This document shows positions 36,780-51,212 of a DNA stretch of 64,000 nucleotides, piece after piece. Each line of letters opens with the position of its first letter. Position 1 is the stretch's first letter. The stretch comes from Lama glama (lineage: Eukaryota). A program made the position numbers and the translations under genes. The stretch spans positions 90,894,001 through 90,958,000 of the forward strand of contig CM052817.1 in NCBI GenBank assembly GCA_028534125.1, written 5' to 3'. The notes beneath the pieces were generated by a model, which saw only the letters and a list, made by a program, of their open reading frames with translations, did not search any database and was not told where the DNA came from.

Positions 36780-37650
36780 AGTATCCTGAAAAGCCTTACA
36801 AAGTGATTTGCTAGGCATCTAACTGATCTAAGTCTGTTAATTCTATTAAATGGTATTCAAGGTTAATTTAACATGATTTGTTTGGGGTGAACTCATGCAC
36901 CCTATCAGATGCCCATCTCTAAAACTGTTTGGCAATTAACATTAAGTTATCAACTGATGCTTGAAAACCCACATCTTTCCACTTTCTCAAAGTTGGCACA
37001 TTTCCCATCTTCTGCCACCTCTCTTCCAAGGTTACCAATAGTCCATTTCACCATTATTTCTTCAAGAATTCTCACCATCGTGGGATGTGGTTCCTCCAGC
37101 CAAAGACTGAAACTCATTTAGTGCAGAGAGTCTCTCACTATTTCTTCAGTTACCCCTTTTCCAGCATTTTCCTACCCTACCAGTTTTAAAACCAGTCGTC
37201 TCCATGGAAAAGAAAAGAGAAAATTCAGAATCATAGAGCTGTGCATTTCCTCTGGTCATCAGATCAACGCAGCACTCTTTATCCCAAGCATTTTGGCTGC
37301 CCCACCATGTTGTCCTTGCTTTAGGCAAAGCAGAACAGTCCATTAGTGTGTCTGTCTGGATTAACCAAACATTCTGACTCAGGCACCACTGGAGTAGCTT
37401 TCTCATTGGGGCTTATTCAATAAACTTTATGTACAGTTGTTCTATGTCTTTGTGAAGTTCAGCTTTCCTAACATTGCATGGGCAGTTCCTTAGGACTGTT
37501 TTCTTTCAGTTGTTGGCTCATTAACCCTCCTTCAGTCTTTCATCCTGCCCTTTAAAAGGAAGGATCCATTCGATGCTTCTTTCTGGTTCCATCAGCTTCT
37601 ATTTCTATGAAACCAGCATATTTCATGCACATTTCCTGCTAAGCCTAAAC
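36780..37650 (-). mobile_element. L3/CR1 LINE fragment
   Basis: aggttaatttaacatgatttgtttggggtgaactcatgc and gggatgtggttcctccagcc...aactcattta resemble antisense CR1/L3 RT region. Confidence 0.6.
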
Positions 37651-40626
37651 TGGTAATTTATCAAACATGCATTGGGCACTTTCCTGCACACATTTTCCCA
37701 ACCACTACAAATTTCACTAGCGCATGCTGAAAATCTGCCCTTATACAAGCTCTGCAGAATTTCTCAGCCTGCTCAGGCAGGTACCTGACCTGGGAATCTG
37801 AAAAAAAAAATCATGCTTTAAACAAGTTGTTCTAGGTCATTATCTTTCTTCTAAACTTAGAGTCCCTCCTTGACCCCAAGCTGTAGACCACATCCTATAA
37901 GCTCTGTATCTTAACTGCTAGAAAATATTACGTACATCTGATCTTGAGACAAAAACAGTGTAAGACTAATGTTCACAGTATAGCAAAAGAAGCTTTCTTA
38001 ATCCTCCTCAAAAAGCTAATGTACAGACTTTCCTTTGTATCCCAGATGCCATTTGGGGCCATCCAGTCCCACAGACAAGGATAAAACAGGATAAACTGGG
38101 CTCAAGTCGGCATTACTCCTCCAGAAGAAACTCCAGTGCTGTGATCGCTGTAAAGTCTCAGGGGGTGAACATTTCCTGGCAACTCCTGGCTCCAAGTTTT
38201 TATTTCCATGGCATTCAATTTACAGATGACTTCATCAATCTGTACTATAGTTAATTTTTCTTGATTTTCACTGAAAACAAAAAATATTTCCATAAGATAT
38301 TTATGTGAGGCAGCTGCAATCTCTTGCTTATAGCCTCAGGATGAAGCCATCTAGAGAACAGAGTGGAAGAAAAGAGAAGGAAGGAGGTCTGGAAGATGGG
38401 GTACTGTGTCTGAAGCCTGTCCTGACTCCGGACCCCTCGTGAGATGAATATATGATGTCTTCCCATTACGTAGGCCAGTTGACTTTGGCTAGAACAGCAA
38501 TGGATATATTCTTCAATTCTTCTTTAACTCTGTTGCAAGCTGCCCACATCCCACGTGTTACCCTAGTCTGTAACCCAAGCACAATACAATTTGTGAGGTT
38601 AAACATTCCAAGCAATGCATACCTCACATAATAACCAAGTCCCCAGAATCGGTCTGGGGACTGGTCTTTTACAGGTTATGTCTGTTGGTCAATTCCTTCT
38701 GTAAGTGACTGATCACCTTCATTACATGTTTTGGTTGTTCGTTTTGTTTTTCCCACTTTCTTTTCAGAAAGTAACTTCCACTTCAATCTTGAAGGTATCA
38801 TGCAGTTCCCTCCATTTACCACCCACAAGGGGCTGAACTAAATGTTCCTTGAGGTCCTTCCCAGCAGTAAAATTTATGACTCTATATAAGAACCAGTTTC
38901 ACTATCTGCCAGAGATTACACATAAATGCTTTTCTTTTATCTGAGCTCATGTCAGGTGGGACATCCTCTAAATCTAAAAGCAAAGCCATTATATTTAGGA
39001 TCCTTTTAGAAAAAATAGGAACAAAACAAAAATGTAGCTGGAATATAAGTTTTTGTTTGCTGTAAGAACAAAGAAATGGAGTATTTGTGCCTTTTAATAT
39101 ATAATTTTTACTGTTGGAAAATTATTTCATACTGTCGATTTCCTACAAAAAGAGATTCTAACAAGCATTCAGAGTTACACACAAAACAACTAACTTTAAG
39201 AGCCATTAAGTGAAATAATGAACTCTCAAGTGAGTGAGAGCTGGTTTTGTTCATCTTACTCTAAAGCCTCATGTCTTTTATTGGGCCTGAATCCCACTGG
39301 TAAAATGAATCAATGATGCAACACCTAATCCTGTGTTGAAGGAAATTTAGAAATACCTTGTTCCACACCTAGGAAAATCTGGCAGCTGTAAAACAGAGCA
39401 GCATGATGCATGTTCTTTAAGAATATGGCTTTTTTAGTCAAAGGGAGGAGAAAACACATGGGTAGTGTGTGTCTCTCTTGTTTTGAGCTGTCACTGAGGC
39501 GGAGGCTGCTGGCCCATTGAGGCCGATGCTGGGTGACAGTGGCAGCATATTGCTTACTGGACTGTGATGATACAACTCAGGGAGACCCTCTGTAGCCCTC
39601 ATTATCTGCCCCCGAGCTCGCTCGACGCTGCCTCTGCTCCCTTCAGAATTAGGGGGGATTATTAAACATAATTCTACTAATTATGGTTTGGGAGAAAAGT
39701 TGGATGGGTCCAGCACCAGTGCCCCAAAGGAAGAACACCATGAGGTAAAGATTGGAGGGCTTTTACAGCGGTGCTTGCAGATAATTATAGGTATAGAAAC
39801 CAATTCCAGAGACAGAAAAAAAATTCAGCCAAGTCCAGACTGTTTTCATGATGCAACCAAGCTCCCTTGGAACGTGAAACATTAGCTGGTTTTCTCTGAC
39901 GGTGAGAAATTTTCACAATGACAACTAAGAGACTCCAGCTTAGGGTACCGGGTGGCAAGGGGGACCTCGAAAGCTGTTAAGTGTCTGTTGCAATTTTCCA
40001 CCCTTTTGCCAAGGCAACCAGGATGCAACATAACTTATTTCGTGGCAGGTTCTCCAGTGAGCCAACGGACAGTAGAAACGCCAGCCCTTTCAGTATATAC
40101 TACAGTTTACAAAGATGATGTTACCTGTAAACTGATTCACAGCATAAAAATATAGACCCAAAAGTGGATATTGTGAATAATGATAACTGACTCATCCTCA
40201 TGCACTGGGACTTTTAATGTGCAATCAGTTCATATCAAAGAGTTGAGTCCTTCTCTTTAGAATATTATAACCCAGAATAATTACTACAAGAAGCATTCTG
40301 AAGCAGAGTCACTTTAATCCTACAAAAAGGATTACATTTTAGATGGCTGTTTTAATCGGCCGAGAGCGGGCAATAAAACTCCACAAGAGCATTTGCCATT
40401 GGTTGGAAATAATATACTCTAGGTTTTTATTCTGCAATCTTAAGATTCCTCTGATTTTCTTTGGTTCAGAGGAACTGCCCAGGTTGTAGATAGCAATTAT
40501 CTGGATGCACCATTGTGAAATCCACACCCTAAAAAGGGGCCTGAAGCAGTGGTTCAAATCTGCGGCAAACTAACAGAAAAGGACGAATCCTGGCAGAAGA
40601 GTGTCTATGTGAGGAACATAATAATT

Positions 40627-41236
40627 CAATGTTTCCCAAAAGGTGAGACGTGTTCACAATAACCTTACCCAATGTGGAAGATGGTTTTCAGTATTAAATA
40701 AATGTAGGACAAGGGCTTAAATACCAGTGAATCATGATGAGAAAGAGATTCTCCTTTCAATCGATCAACCCATTTCATTTAACAAAGAATAGAGTCTCAG
40801 TTTGGTGTATCTGTTTAATACGTCTCTAAAATTTGCTAGTTTCTCATTTTATCAGAAAGACAGCAGCATCGGGGTCAACCTATAATTTAATACTATTGTT
40901 TTGGCTTCAATGGAGGCACTTTCACAATGACTTTTACGAGAGCTATGATTATTGTTCTGTTTATGACAGTAATATAAAGTTTCTCCTTAAAATAAATATA
41001 TTTAATTTTTTTGGAGTGAGTTCCATTTAGGGAAAGCACTAAGGGAAAAATAATGAAGATGAATGTGGATTTGGCAAAATAAGTGAAAATGGCAGAAGTG
41101 CTACAATGACCACTGGCCTCTAACCACTGGATGCCAATAGCTTCCCTCCTCCCATTGTTGTGACACCAAAAATGTCTCTAGACTTTCCAAATGTTTCCTG
41201 GGATGGAGGATTGGTCTGGATTTGAAAATCACTGAT
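40627..41236 (+). mobile_element. hAT-Charlie element (MER20/MER20B-like)
   Basis: caatgtttcccaaa start; MER20 3' part ctggcctctaaccactggatgccaatagc...gttgtgacaccaaaaatgtctctagac...ttgaaaatcactg. Confidence 0.65.
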
Positions 41237-42603
41237 TTAGAGCAATGTGGTCTCTGAGTAATTGTTTTCAACAGAAGGCAGATAGGGAAGAATGTTGGGC
41301 TTTGTGGAAGTGACAATGTGAAGAATTCCAGGGACAAAAGCCATCAATCAAAGTGGAAAAGGAAGTCAGAGAATGTTGGGTGGATATGTTGTAATAAAGA
41401 AAGAGGTTACCTTTGAGGGTTTCTCCCGTCTACTGGTTCATTCAAATATATGAAGATCAGCCATCTGACTTCTAATAAAGGATTCCAGATATGAATCCCC
41501 AAAACAAGGTTGCTGATGATCTTTGCCTTTGCAATTTATTTCTCTGTCCAACCGGACAGAAGAGTGTGTGAATTTTCTGGCAAAAAACACAAGCCCAAGC
41601 CTGCCAATCTGGCAACCCTTGGGAGGCTGAACTGGCCTGGCTTTTTTTATGAGGTGTTTGGCAGCCTGAATGTTTAATTTCATTCTTTTATTTTATGTTT
41701 TGGGTGCAGATGCCCAGAGGGCTTTGGACAATTGCCTCTTTTTTAATAAAGCTAATAAATGCCCCTAGGAAATTTACCTATATCTAAACTGACATAACAA
41801 AGCTGATACATCAGAGGGGTCAGGCATGAGAGATTCTAGCAATTTATATAAACGAAGAAGCTGGAGTGCATTTGGACTGCCTAGGGTTATTACTCAGGCC
41901 CTGGCAGTCTTCCAGGCTGTTCATAATTTTAAATAAATTCTGATCTTGGTGATACATACTTATTGATCAAATTTTCAGAAAGTCATCACCATGTACTCTT
42001 TGACTATGTATTGATCTGAAATCTTCACAGTTCCTAGGAGAGGTCTGGCATTATATAAGCTATTATCTGTACCACAATTTATCCTTCAATTTGAATCAAG
42101 CCTGTGGATAAGTGACTCATTCTGTTCCATTTACCACAGCAAGAGACCTGGATGGTGGCTGGAAAACAAGATTCTTAGGTCCTGTATCTCAATTTATCAT
42201 GAATTTTCTTTGGTTATGCCATTTCTCAAACTCTCAGTTTTTCCCTAATATTAAACAAGTGGTTTCACCTGTGGACAGGATACTCTTGTCTTATTCACTT
42301 CAAGTCCTCTTCAAAAGCACACCATCCTCTCAAATGGAAAACCCTGCTTCATCCCCCTTGAAACTCTTAGCACCCAAATCCTCAGGAAAGGTTGGCTGGT
42401 CTGCAGGTAGTTTTACAGGATCTCAGGTGCCTGCTGTGCTGGTCACTGGCCCTCGTGCTTTCAAAGGCCTGGGCTATATTACCTCTAAGCACTGTGCAAA
42501 CCCACTTTGGTCAAATCTCCCTGTTCTCCAGCTTTCTCCACCATCAAAACCTACAATCATTTATACGTCCTTAATCTCAGCTCTTTAGATTTTGTTTAGT
42601 GAC

Positions 42604-43087
42604 TGTGGTAGATAGAATAATGGCTCCCCAAAGATGTCCACATCCTAATTTCCAGAACCTGTATGTTAGGTGACATGGTAAAATGTAATTAAGGTTGCTA
42701 ATCAGCTGGCTTTAAAACAAGGATATTCTCCTGAACTATCTAGGAGGGACCAATGTAATCACAAGAGTCCTTTAAATGTGGAAGTGAAAGGCAGAAGACT
42801 TAGTGTCTGGATGACACAATGTGAAAAAGAATTGACCAGCCATTGCTGGCTTTGAAAACAAAAGGAGGCTACAAGACAAGGAATGCAGGCAGCTTCTAGA
42901 AACTAGAAAAGACAAATAGATTTGCCCCCACAGCCTACAGAAAGGAATGTAGCCCTGCCAACTCCTTGACTGTAGCCCAGTGAACCCTGTGTTATTCTTG
43001 TGGCCCACAGGACTGTACAATAACAAACTTATGTCATTTTAAGCTACTAAGTTTTGTTGTCATTTATTATTCTAAGAAATGAGTATA
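42604..43087 (+). mobile_element. MLT1D MaLR LTR
   Basis: tgtggtagatagaataatggctccccaaagatgtccacatcctaat...aattaaggttgctaatcagctg...gaatgcaggcagcttctaga. Confidence 0.92.
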
Positions 43088-43838
43088 GTGGTGTTACCCT
43101 GAAAAAACTAATTAATCCAATAGACCATAAAGAATAATTTGTGAAAGCCCTCTGACTCCCTAACAATTAAGAAAGAATGAGTTAGAATGCCATCACAATT
43201 TTTTCCAGGATCTGGAGTCTACCCTGTCCTAGAATGGTTCCACCTGGCAAATCCACTTCCTCTTCATACTCCCTTTCAGCCTAAGTTCAGGCTCCTTCTG
43301 TTCCCCAACACCTTTAGCTTCAACCATTCCCACCCTCTGACTCAAGAAAAAGAGAAACACATTTCTATAATATTCAACAGTACTTCATAAGCAATTAACG
43401 TTTTTTACTGTAAACTCTCATTTATTATGTCCTCCATATATTCCTGTCTCCTATATCTTTCTACCCCTAGTAACAAAGTTCCATAATAAAAAATATGTTT
43501 CAGAATTTTTTGGAGTTAGTTATTACCAACAATGCTGTGGAATCTAAAAATTTTATTCCGTCAGTCACTTGGCAAACCTTGATATATACATTGCATTGAG
43601 TGGAAGCAGGAACAAATAGAGCAAGCTCCCCACCACAAAAGTTTACAATGTAATATGGCGTGGAATAGGAGAAACGTTCTTTATTCCACAAATACTTCCT
43701 GAACCTGTAGCTTACATCAGATATACACTTAATCTATAATGCAAGACAGAAACATGATTTTGTAATAGAGCTACAAACAACAGTGATCGTGAAAAGAAAG
43801 TTCACTAAGTGACAGAAATACAAGAACATACCACCTCT

Positions 43839-44349
43839 CAGTATAGATATACAATGGAACACTATTCAGCCATAAAAGGGATAAAATAATGCCATTTGCA
43901 ACAACATGGATGGACCTGGAGATTGTCATACTAAGTGAAGTAAGCCAGAAAGAGAAAGAAAAATACCACATGGTATCAGTTATATAAGGAATCAAAAAAA
44001 AAAAAAAAAACAAAAAAAACAAAACACAAATGAACTTATCTACAAAAAAAGGCAGACTCACAGACATAGGAAGCAAACTTATGGTTACCAGGGAGGAAAA
44101 CGGGTGTGGAGAGATAAATTGGGAGTTTGGAATTTGCAGATAATAACTACTATACATAAAATAAATAAACAGCAAGGTTGTACTGCATAGCATGGGAAAT
44201 TATATTCAATACCTTGTAATGGCCTATAATGAAAAAGAATATGGAAAGGAATATATATATATTATATGTATAAATGAATCACCATGCTGTAAACCAGATA
44301 TTGACACATTGTAAATCAACTATAATTCAACTGAAAAAAAAAAAAAAAA
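43839..44349 (+). mobile_element. Lineage-specific L1 3' end with TSD
   Basis: gccatttgcaacaacatggatggacctggagattgtcatactaagtgaagtaagccag; poly-A tail; TSD aagaacataccacctct (43822) / aagaatatacctcctct (44348). Confidence 0.93.
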
Positions 44350-45329
44350 GAATATACCTCCTCTTATACCTCCTCGCAAAAGCCCAGCTGCCTGGGATTC
44401 TAAACACAGACAAGAATTAGAAAGAAACACAGGAAAAGAAGAAAATGTCTCATGGTCAAAAGATAAACGACAAATCCTGAACACTGAAACTCAAGTATTT
44501 TGCATGTAGGCACCTTAACTCAGTGCCTATTTTCCCATATTTTGTGTACCATTTAAAAATGTTCCCTTTTCTTTTTTCCTGGCCCATGGATGATTAAAGA
44601 GAAGAAACTGAAAGAGAGAAATTGCAAAAGATAGTTACACCAACAGCACAAATAAATAGTGTGTTTGTGTGTTGGTAGCAGAAGGAAGAGAAAGACAATC
44701 AAAAGAGAACTTCTGCAAAGTGGGGCCAATTACAACATAGGCAGGCCAATCACTAAACCCCACGACCATCCCAGTCATATATACTGCACAGTGACTGGGT
44801 TTCCAATGATTCTAGCAAATGTTCAAATTATGTTCTGCATATTCTGTTTCGGAAAACAAGGAAATATCAACCACTTTTATAGAAACTTCATCAGAATTTG
44901 TTAAAATCTTTTAAATGTTGGTGCTCTCTGGAGGAAAATGTTTTAGTGTTCTATGCACTGTGAGCCCACGGGTCATACAGAGAGCTAAGGAACATGGGCA
45001 GTGGGTCTCTGCAAATGGAAAAAGATTATTCCAGCACTAAAGCATACTAAAGATGTCACTGTGTCAGAAGCCAGGCAACAAGGCTACCCAGAATTATCAG
45101 TGTCTGCTATTAGAAAAATCATAGTTCAGAGAAAAAGATTTAAGCAATCATCCTGGGCTGAGAGCTCATTTGCAAATGTCACTTCGAAAATATAACTCTA
45201 TTATGAAAAAACTATTTAAGTTCATCACTAATGCCTGACATTTCAGGATGGTTCTTGCTCTGTTTTTACTAATCACACTCGGGGTAGCTCTGTTTTTCAT
45301 AGTCCTTTTATGATTAGAATGCTGAACGT

Positions 45330-45490
45330 ACTGAAAAAGTTCCTGGGTAAAGCTCAGGATTTGATTTTCTAGGTAATCTTTAGTAAGTCAGTTAACAGAC
45401 GTCTGTCTTCAGTTCTTTCCCTTTATATAAATGTAAGGCATTGTACCAGCCTACCTTTTATGAGGCTCAAATAAAGTCATAAATATTATC
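45330..45490 (+). mobile_element. MIR fragment
   Basis: aatctttagtaagtcagttaac...cttcagttc...tataaatg...tgaggctcaaataa. Confidence 0.5.
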
Positions 45491-45716
45491 AGTGCATTCT
45501 GGAAAGAGAGGTTGCCGTGGACCTTGCATAATGGGGAATCACCACTCTGCGCTTCAAAATGGGTTAGGAACATGTACTTGTCTTGGTGGCCTGGCTTCTA
45601 CCAACTGCACAACTGCACGACTCCAGTCTGCACAAAGTGAACTTTCTGCATATTCTGCCTATGCCAGAGAAAAACAAACACCAACTAACAGATCCAGAAT
45701 GCATTTCTAGTATCAT

Positions 45717-45800
45717 CTAGCTCGGGGTAGAGCACATGCTTAGCATGCATGAGGTCCTGGGTTCAATCCCCAGCACCCCTGTTTAAGAAAAAGAAAAAGG
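45717..45800 (+). mobile_element. tRNA-Ala-derived SINE (camelid vic-1-like), short form
   Basis: tagctcggggtagagcacatgcttagcatgcatgaggtcctgggttcaatccccagc plus A-rich tail. Confidence 0.85.
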
Positions 45801-45919
45801 AAAATATTTTTTTAATTCCCTCCATCACCAGACACAAAGAAAGAGAAAGTAAACTTTAATCATTCTTTTTCCTTATTGTCATTCCAACCTTAATTAAGAG
45901 TTATGTAGTGAGCAATAAA

Positions 45920-46145
45920 AAATAGGTAATATATGTACAGACCGCTTACTCTGTTCCAGGCATTTTATATAGATTATCTCATTTAATTGTCACAACATCT
46001 CTATTCTGCTGATATTATCATACTCATTTTACAGACAAGGACATCATAACCTGGAGGACTTGAGTAGCTTGCTCAGGGCCACACAGGTCAAAAGTGGGGG
46101 AACTATGCAACAAGATACTAAAGACCACGCTCTTAACCACTATAA
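45920..46145 (-). mobile_element. MIR SINE
   Basis: gcttactctgttccaggca...attatctcatttaatt...ctcattttacagacaagg...gcttgctcagggccacacag. Confidence 0.8.
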
Positions 46146-46689
46146 TATCAGTGAACATGAACATTTCAGAAGCTGGGCAATAGCATGTGTTATAATTTAT
46201 AAACACAGGCAACTAGCAACAATTTAAACACTTATCTCCATCTCTGCTGGAGTATTTACATGCTCTAAGAGTATTTGTGTGCTCAAAAGTGATTAATCTA
46301 AAGATTAATCCCTTTTAAAAGAAAACAATTTGCTGAAAGAAGGGAAAAGGTGATGAAATTTTAAAAATGTATAATAGGAAAAACATGCTAACTAATCATT
46401 CTGGAGCTCTTTCTGCCCTCAAAATTGACCCAATCTTTTTATAAAGAGGAAATCTTTCCCTTCCCCTTAAAATCTGTACCATCTCAGTGTTTTTCTTGAA
46501 CATTTCACCCAAGGCCTTGTGTCACCTCAGTTAATAACCTCTAAGGTGTATGCCACACCACATGCCCAAGGTAATGAACTGAAGGACTTTTTGGAAAGAG
46601 AATGAACTGATCATTTTTCTTGTCAAAAAAACCAATACTGCTTTGAGTCCTAATTAACTGGAAAGGTATTACCTTTAGAAGAAGTATAT

Positions 46690-46900
46690 GTTAGTGGAAA
46701 TAGCACTAACCCTAGGAATCAGAAATCCAAAAATTCTGTCTAGAGTTCCATCACTTAAAAGCCATCTCACCTTGGGGGAAAATGCATCACCAGCTTCTTG
46801 AGACTCAGGTTCCTCCTCTACAAAATGGGAATGATTATAATACCCTCACCATCTTCCACATTCGTTGTAAGGATTCAATGTCATGTGATCCACACCTATA
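46690..46900 (+). mobile_element. MIR SINE
   Basis: ccttggggg...gactcaggttcctcctctacaaaatgggaatgattataatacc...gttgtaaggattcaatg. Confidence 0.75.
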
Positions 46901-47084
46901 AAACCCTATTCTATGCAAGGAAGCACAATGATGATGAGATACTAAAAACGTGCAAGAAGTAAAAGTGGGATGAAAAAATACCAAGAGAGTCCTAACCAAT
47001 TACAGTGTGTCTTTCCTGGGAAAATGAAATATTATATTAATAATAGCCATAAGCTATTACTCTATAGAATCATACCTACTACTC

Positions 47085-48340
47085 TGTCTTTCATGGAACA
47101 GCCTTTCACACATTGAGAAAGAGCCTTAAAGTTCCCCTAAGTCTTCTCTTCTCCTGGTTAAATGTTTAGAGTTTTCCCAATTATTCCACATGGGAGAGAC
47201 TTCACAAGACTTTTATCATCTTTGTCTTCTCACTGAGTTTTCTCTGTGCCCTACTTAAAGTGAATCCAATGTTCCAGATATGATCAGAATAGCATTGGTA
47301 TTATTGCCAACTTTGATCTAGGTTACATATTTGCATAAAGTACAAATTTTTATTGCTTTTTGTTGGAATGAACTGAATGTTCCAGGTGTTTTCATCATAT
47401 GTGTTTGTCTAACAACACTTGCAAGACTTTTTTTTTAAACCCTAAATTCAAGATGTCACTTTTATCCACCTGAAATATTACCTTGTTGAGTTCTACCTAA
47501 CTTTCTAATCTGATGAAGTCATTTTGAATGATGATTTTCATCTATCATAATCTCGCTCTCTCCCAGATTCTGTCATCCAAACTTGAGAAGCAAAACTTTA
47601 TGTCTTTATACAAGTCACAATTTAAAAAAAAAAAAGGAAAGACAGATTTTAAATGAATTTAACTAGATTTAAAGTTCCATTAAAAAGTTTCTAAATACTG
47701 TTTTCCAGGTGAAAAGGTCACTCATTAGACAAAATTCTTTGGAATGGATACGAGATTCATAGCCATGAATCTCCCTCCTTATATTCATAGTGTATTTCTA
47801 GAACTATGTTGAATTTCCACCTGTCTGACGAATTTTCCCATCTTGATAATATAGGCACCATTTTCACGTTTGATCTTTTGGATCTTCTTCATTTCTCCAT
47901 GATTTTAAAATAATTACCAAAAACAAAAATCCACTATTACACATGCTAGGCCTTTCAGTGGCCTGGGATTATGTCATCCATCAAAAACTTGAGGTCTTAT
48001 TTTTTAAGAGTCAGAGACTATTGATAAATGAGATTTCATTTACCTCAGTTTTCAACCACCTATTAACTATTTGTGCTCTAGTTTCCCCAGTCTGAACACC
48101 ACTCTCTTTAAGAAAAAATCAAAATCAAATGTGGATGGTCTCCGCCTTCTCCCTTGCATCTGTTTGCCTCACACCATCTACAACTAGCAGATTATTGAGT
48201 ATCTATTTTATTATTAAAACTCTAAAAGCATCCCTTTGTCCTCTTTCACATTTTTCATAAACTTGTGGGATTTTTTTTTCTGTGTTTGTGTCTGCTTGTC
48301 ATATTTTTCTCTTCTTCACTCATACTTGCTCCTTTAAAAT
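47085..48340 (-). mobile_element. L3/CR1 LINE fragment
   Basis: cccctaagtcttctcttctcctggttaaa, ttctgtcatccaaacttgagaagc, ctgggattatgtcatcc. Confidence 0.7.
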
Positions 48341-48351
48341 CTGCATTCTCA

Positions 48352-48504
48352 GTGGGTGGGTATAGCTCAGTGGTATAGAGTGCATGCCTAGTATGCACAA
48401 GGTCCTGGGTTCAATCCCCAGTGCCTCCATTAAACAAACAAACAAATAAACCTAATTACCTCCCCTACAAAAAAATTAATTAATTAAATTAAATTTTAAA
48501 AAAA
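48352..48504 (+). mobile_element. tRNA-Ala-derived SINE (camelid vic-1-like)
   Basis: gggtatagctcagtgg...ggtcctgggttcaatccccagtgcctcca, tail aaataaacctaattacctcccc, degenerate TSD aaaatctg. Confidence 0.9.
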
Positions 48505-48914
48505 TCTGTGCTCACAGAACTGCACACATTCCTTAATGGAGCATTCCAAATTTCATCTCAAGAGCCCCCATCCCTCTTGAACTGTCTTTCCTTTCAGAGT
48601 CACCTTTCTCTTGTAAAACAATTACCTGGTTGATATCACGTCTGGGCCTTTTGCCATATTAGAGAAATATACTCTCATAGGGTCATGGAATTCGGGGGGA
48701 AAATTTTAATAGCAGTAGTATAAAAGTAATTTCAAATATTATTATAAGTTACTGTTAACTATAAATCAATTGGCTTTTAATTAAGAAGGCAAATAAAAGG
48801 AGCATAAGTATACATACATATTAATGTAGGAAGTATCACCTTAGGAAAATCATAATTGCCAAATAAACAACCTCAGCATCCGGAAAGAACCCATCACACT
48901 GAAATCATATTCAA

Positions 48915-49250
48915 AGTGAATTAGTAATATATTTGTCCTTCACACAGTGGTAGACCATGTAGGGATGACAGCGGTAAATGAGACAGAAAAAAAAAATCCC
49001 TTTCCTAACAGAACTGATATTCTAGTGAAAAGATATGTAAGAATAAGTAAATAAACCATCAAACTAAACAGATTGGGAATAAGGATAGTGCTCTTTTAGA
49101 TAAGCTGGTCAGAGAATGTCCTCTGAGAAAGTGATAATTGAATTAGAGTCTAAAGCTTGAGAATGATCCAGTTATGCAAAGATCTGGGAGAAGAGCAATT
49201 CAGGCAAAGGGAAGTCAGTCGTGGGCAACATCCCAAAGGCATTCAGAAGG
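48915..49250 (-). mobile_element. L2 fragment
   Basis: gataagctggtcagagaatgtcctctgagaaagtga...atgcaaagatctgggagaagagcaattcaggcaaagg. Confidence 0.75.
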
Positions 49251-51026
49251 AACAAAGGGGCATCAGTCAAAGCAATCTTGTTTGGAGAATAAAAGTTCAG
49301 GCATTCAAAATATTAGACATACCTGTAATTAAGCCTTGAGAAGTGCCAAGGGAGATGATAGAAAATAAAAGCACAAAGAAATATTTGAGAACAATGTCCC
49401 ATCAAAGTAATCCATATACTATAATAAATAGCCCACCAACAAATACATTGCTCACACATGCCTCCACAACTTCAAATCCATCTTTGATATTTCCATGTTT
49501 AATATTTAGATTGTTGGATCACGTCCCATCGGATCAACTCAAACACTAGTTTTGTCTGCTGCTGCTCCACAGGTGCTGAGAACTGCTGCCTGACAGGCAA
49601 AAATATTACAGACCAAGTGTCTGCAATCGTTCCCTCTCTCCTGCCTCCTCAAGAGAATTCTCTGCTTGTGACACTCAAGTCCTGGCCATTTGCTGAAATG
49701 ATCAAGGTAATGAGTAGAGAAGGGAGTTGGAGAAAATCCAGAAAGATAAAATTGATTTATATAAAATAGGCCACAGAATTATCCTCAAAAGGAAAGTGAA
49801 AAATCTAAGAAGCTCATGGAAGCAGTGGGGAAGAAGGAACAGCAGAATGAGGACAAAGCAAAGCTGGGTAGGGTTTTATTAAAGAGAAAAGAGATAGATG
49901 TGTGGTAACAGCTGCCATAGTAAGTGACATCAAGGAGGAAAGAAACTAAAATTTATTTTTAAGACGTTTTCCTGCGTGTTGTATGATATAATTCCTTCCT
50001 CTCTGCCTTCTCAAGAGAACTTCAAGATAAGCCTGCATTCCTTTTCAAGGTTTTATGGAAAAGAATGGACCTCAGTTGGTCCCTAACTAGCTGTTGATTG
50101 AAAGTACTTCACTTTGCTCCCATGGATTCTCTTTTCTATCTACCAAAATGTGTTTTTCCAGCCTTTTCCCTTTTTTCCCCCACATTTTTAACCCTATAAA
50201 TTCTCAGCCCAGTATTTTGACAATTAATTCACTGAAATCATTGATAATACCAGAATCATTCATCTTCCAGTTCATCATCCCATTCCTTCATCCATCATTT
50301 CCTCCTCTTTGTTGGCTTCAGAGGAAACAGTGACCAGACTCCTGTCCTAGCTAACCCTGTAATCCATATCGCAATCTTAGCACTTCCTGGCTCACCCAGG
50401 GTAAGGCACCACCAATTGGTCCATTTTTCTTTTCCATACTCGGTCTCTGTGGCAGTCTCTCCTTTTCCTTGTTCTCATCCTGCTTCTTTACAAAATGGAA
50501 GTGACTACTAAGCTTAATGGTTCCATTTCTGGAAACATATCTTAGAGGAGCCCTCACACAATAAACAACCCTGTGATCCAGATCCCCTGGAAAAGAGCTT
50601 CTCCCCTAAAATATTCCCAAGGACACAGAGGGAGTCTCTAAGAGACTTTGACTTCCCTCATTTTATATGTGATGGTGTTTGAATTTTAACATCCAGGATT
50701 TATTACCTTTCTAAGGAACACAGTAAGGATTTTTTGAGTGCCAATAACTCTTCACCTGCAGCCAATGGCTATGGACTCGAAATCAGGTCCAAATTTAACC
50801 ATCCCAAATGCTGTCCTCACTCCTGCCAATGCTCAGGACTGCTCAGATATTAACAGATCCACCTCAGGAGCCTGATGATTGATTGAGTTTCTTAGCTGTT
50901 TCAGCACTTTGCAATTCTCCTTCCAAAAAGCTATCCCTTCTAAAACTATAATTGGACCATGCCATTGTTAGGTTCAAGTACCTTCAGTGGCTTTCCATTA
51001 CCTCCTAACTAAAATAGCGACTTTCA

Positions 51027-51150
51027 GTGGGGAGCAGATAATTAGGTTTATTTATTTATTTAATTTTAGAAGAGTTACTGGGAATTGAACCCAGGACCTC
51101 ATGCATGCTAAGAATGCACTCTACCACTTGAGCTATACCCATTCCCCCAC
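51027..51150 (-). mobile_element. tRNA-Ala-derived SINE (camelid vic-1-like)
   Basis: taattaggtttatttatttattt...gaattgaacccaggacctcatgcatgctaag...ctctaccacttgagctataccc; TSD agcgactttc / agagactttc. Confidence 0.9.
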
Positions 51151-51212
51151 ACAGAGACTTCTTACAAGGTATGTAAGACTTGAGAATATGACCCCAACGT
51201 CTTTTCATCTCC

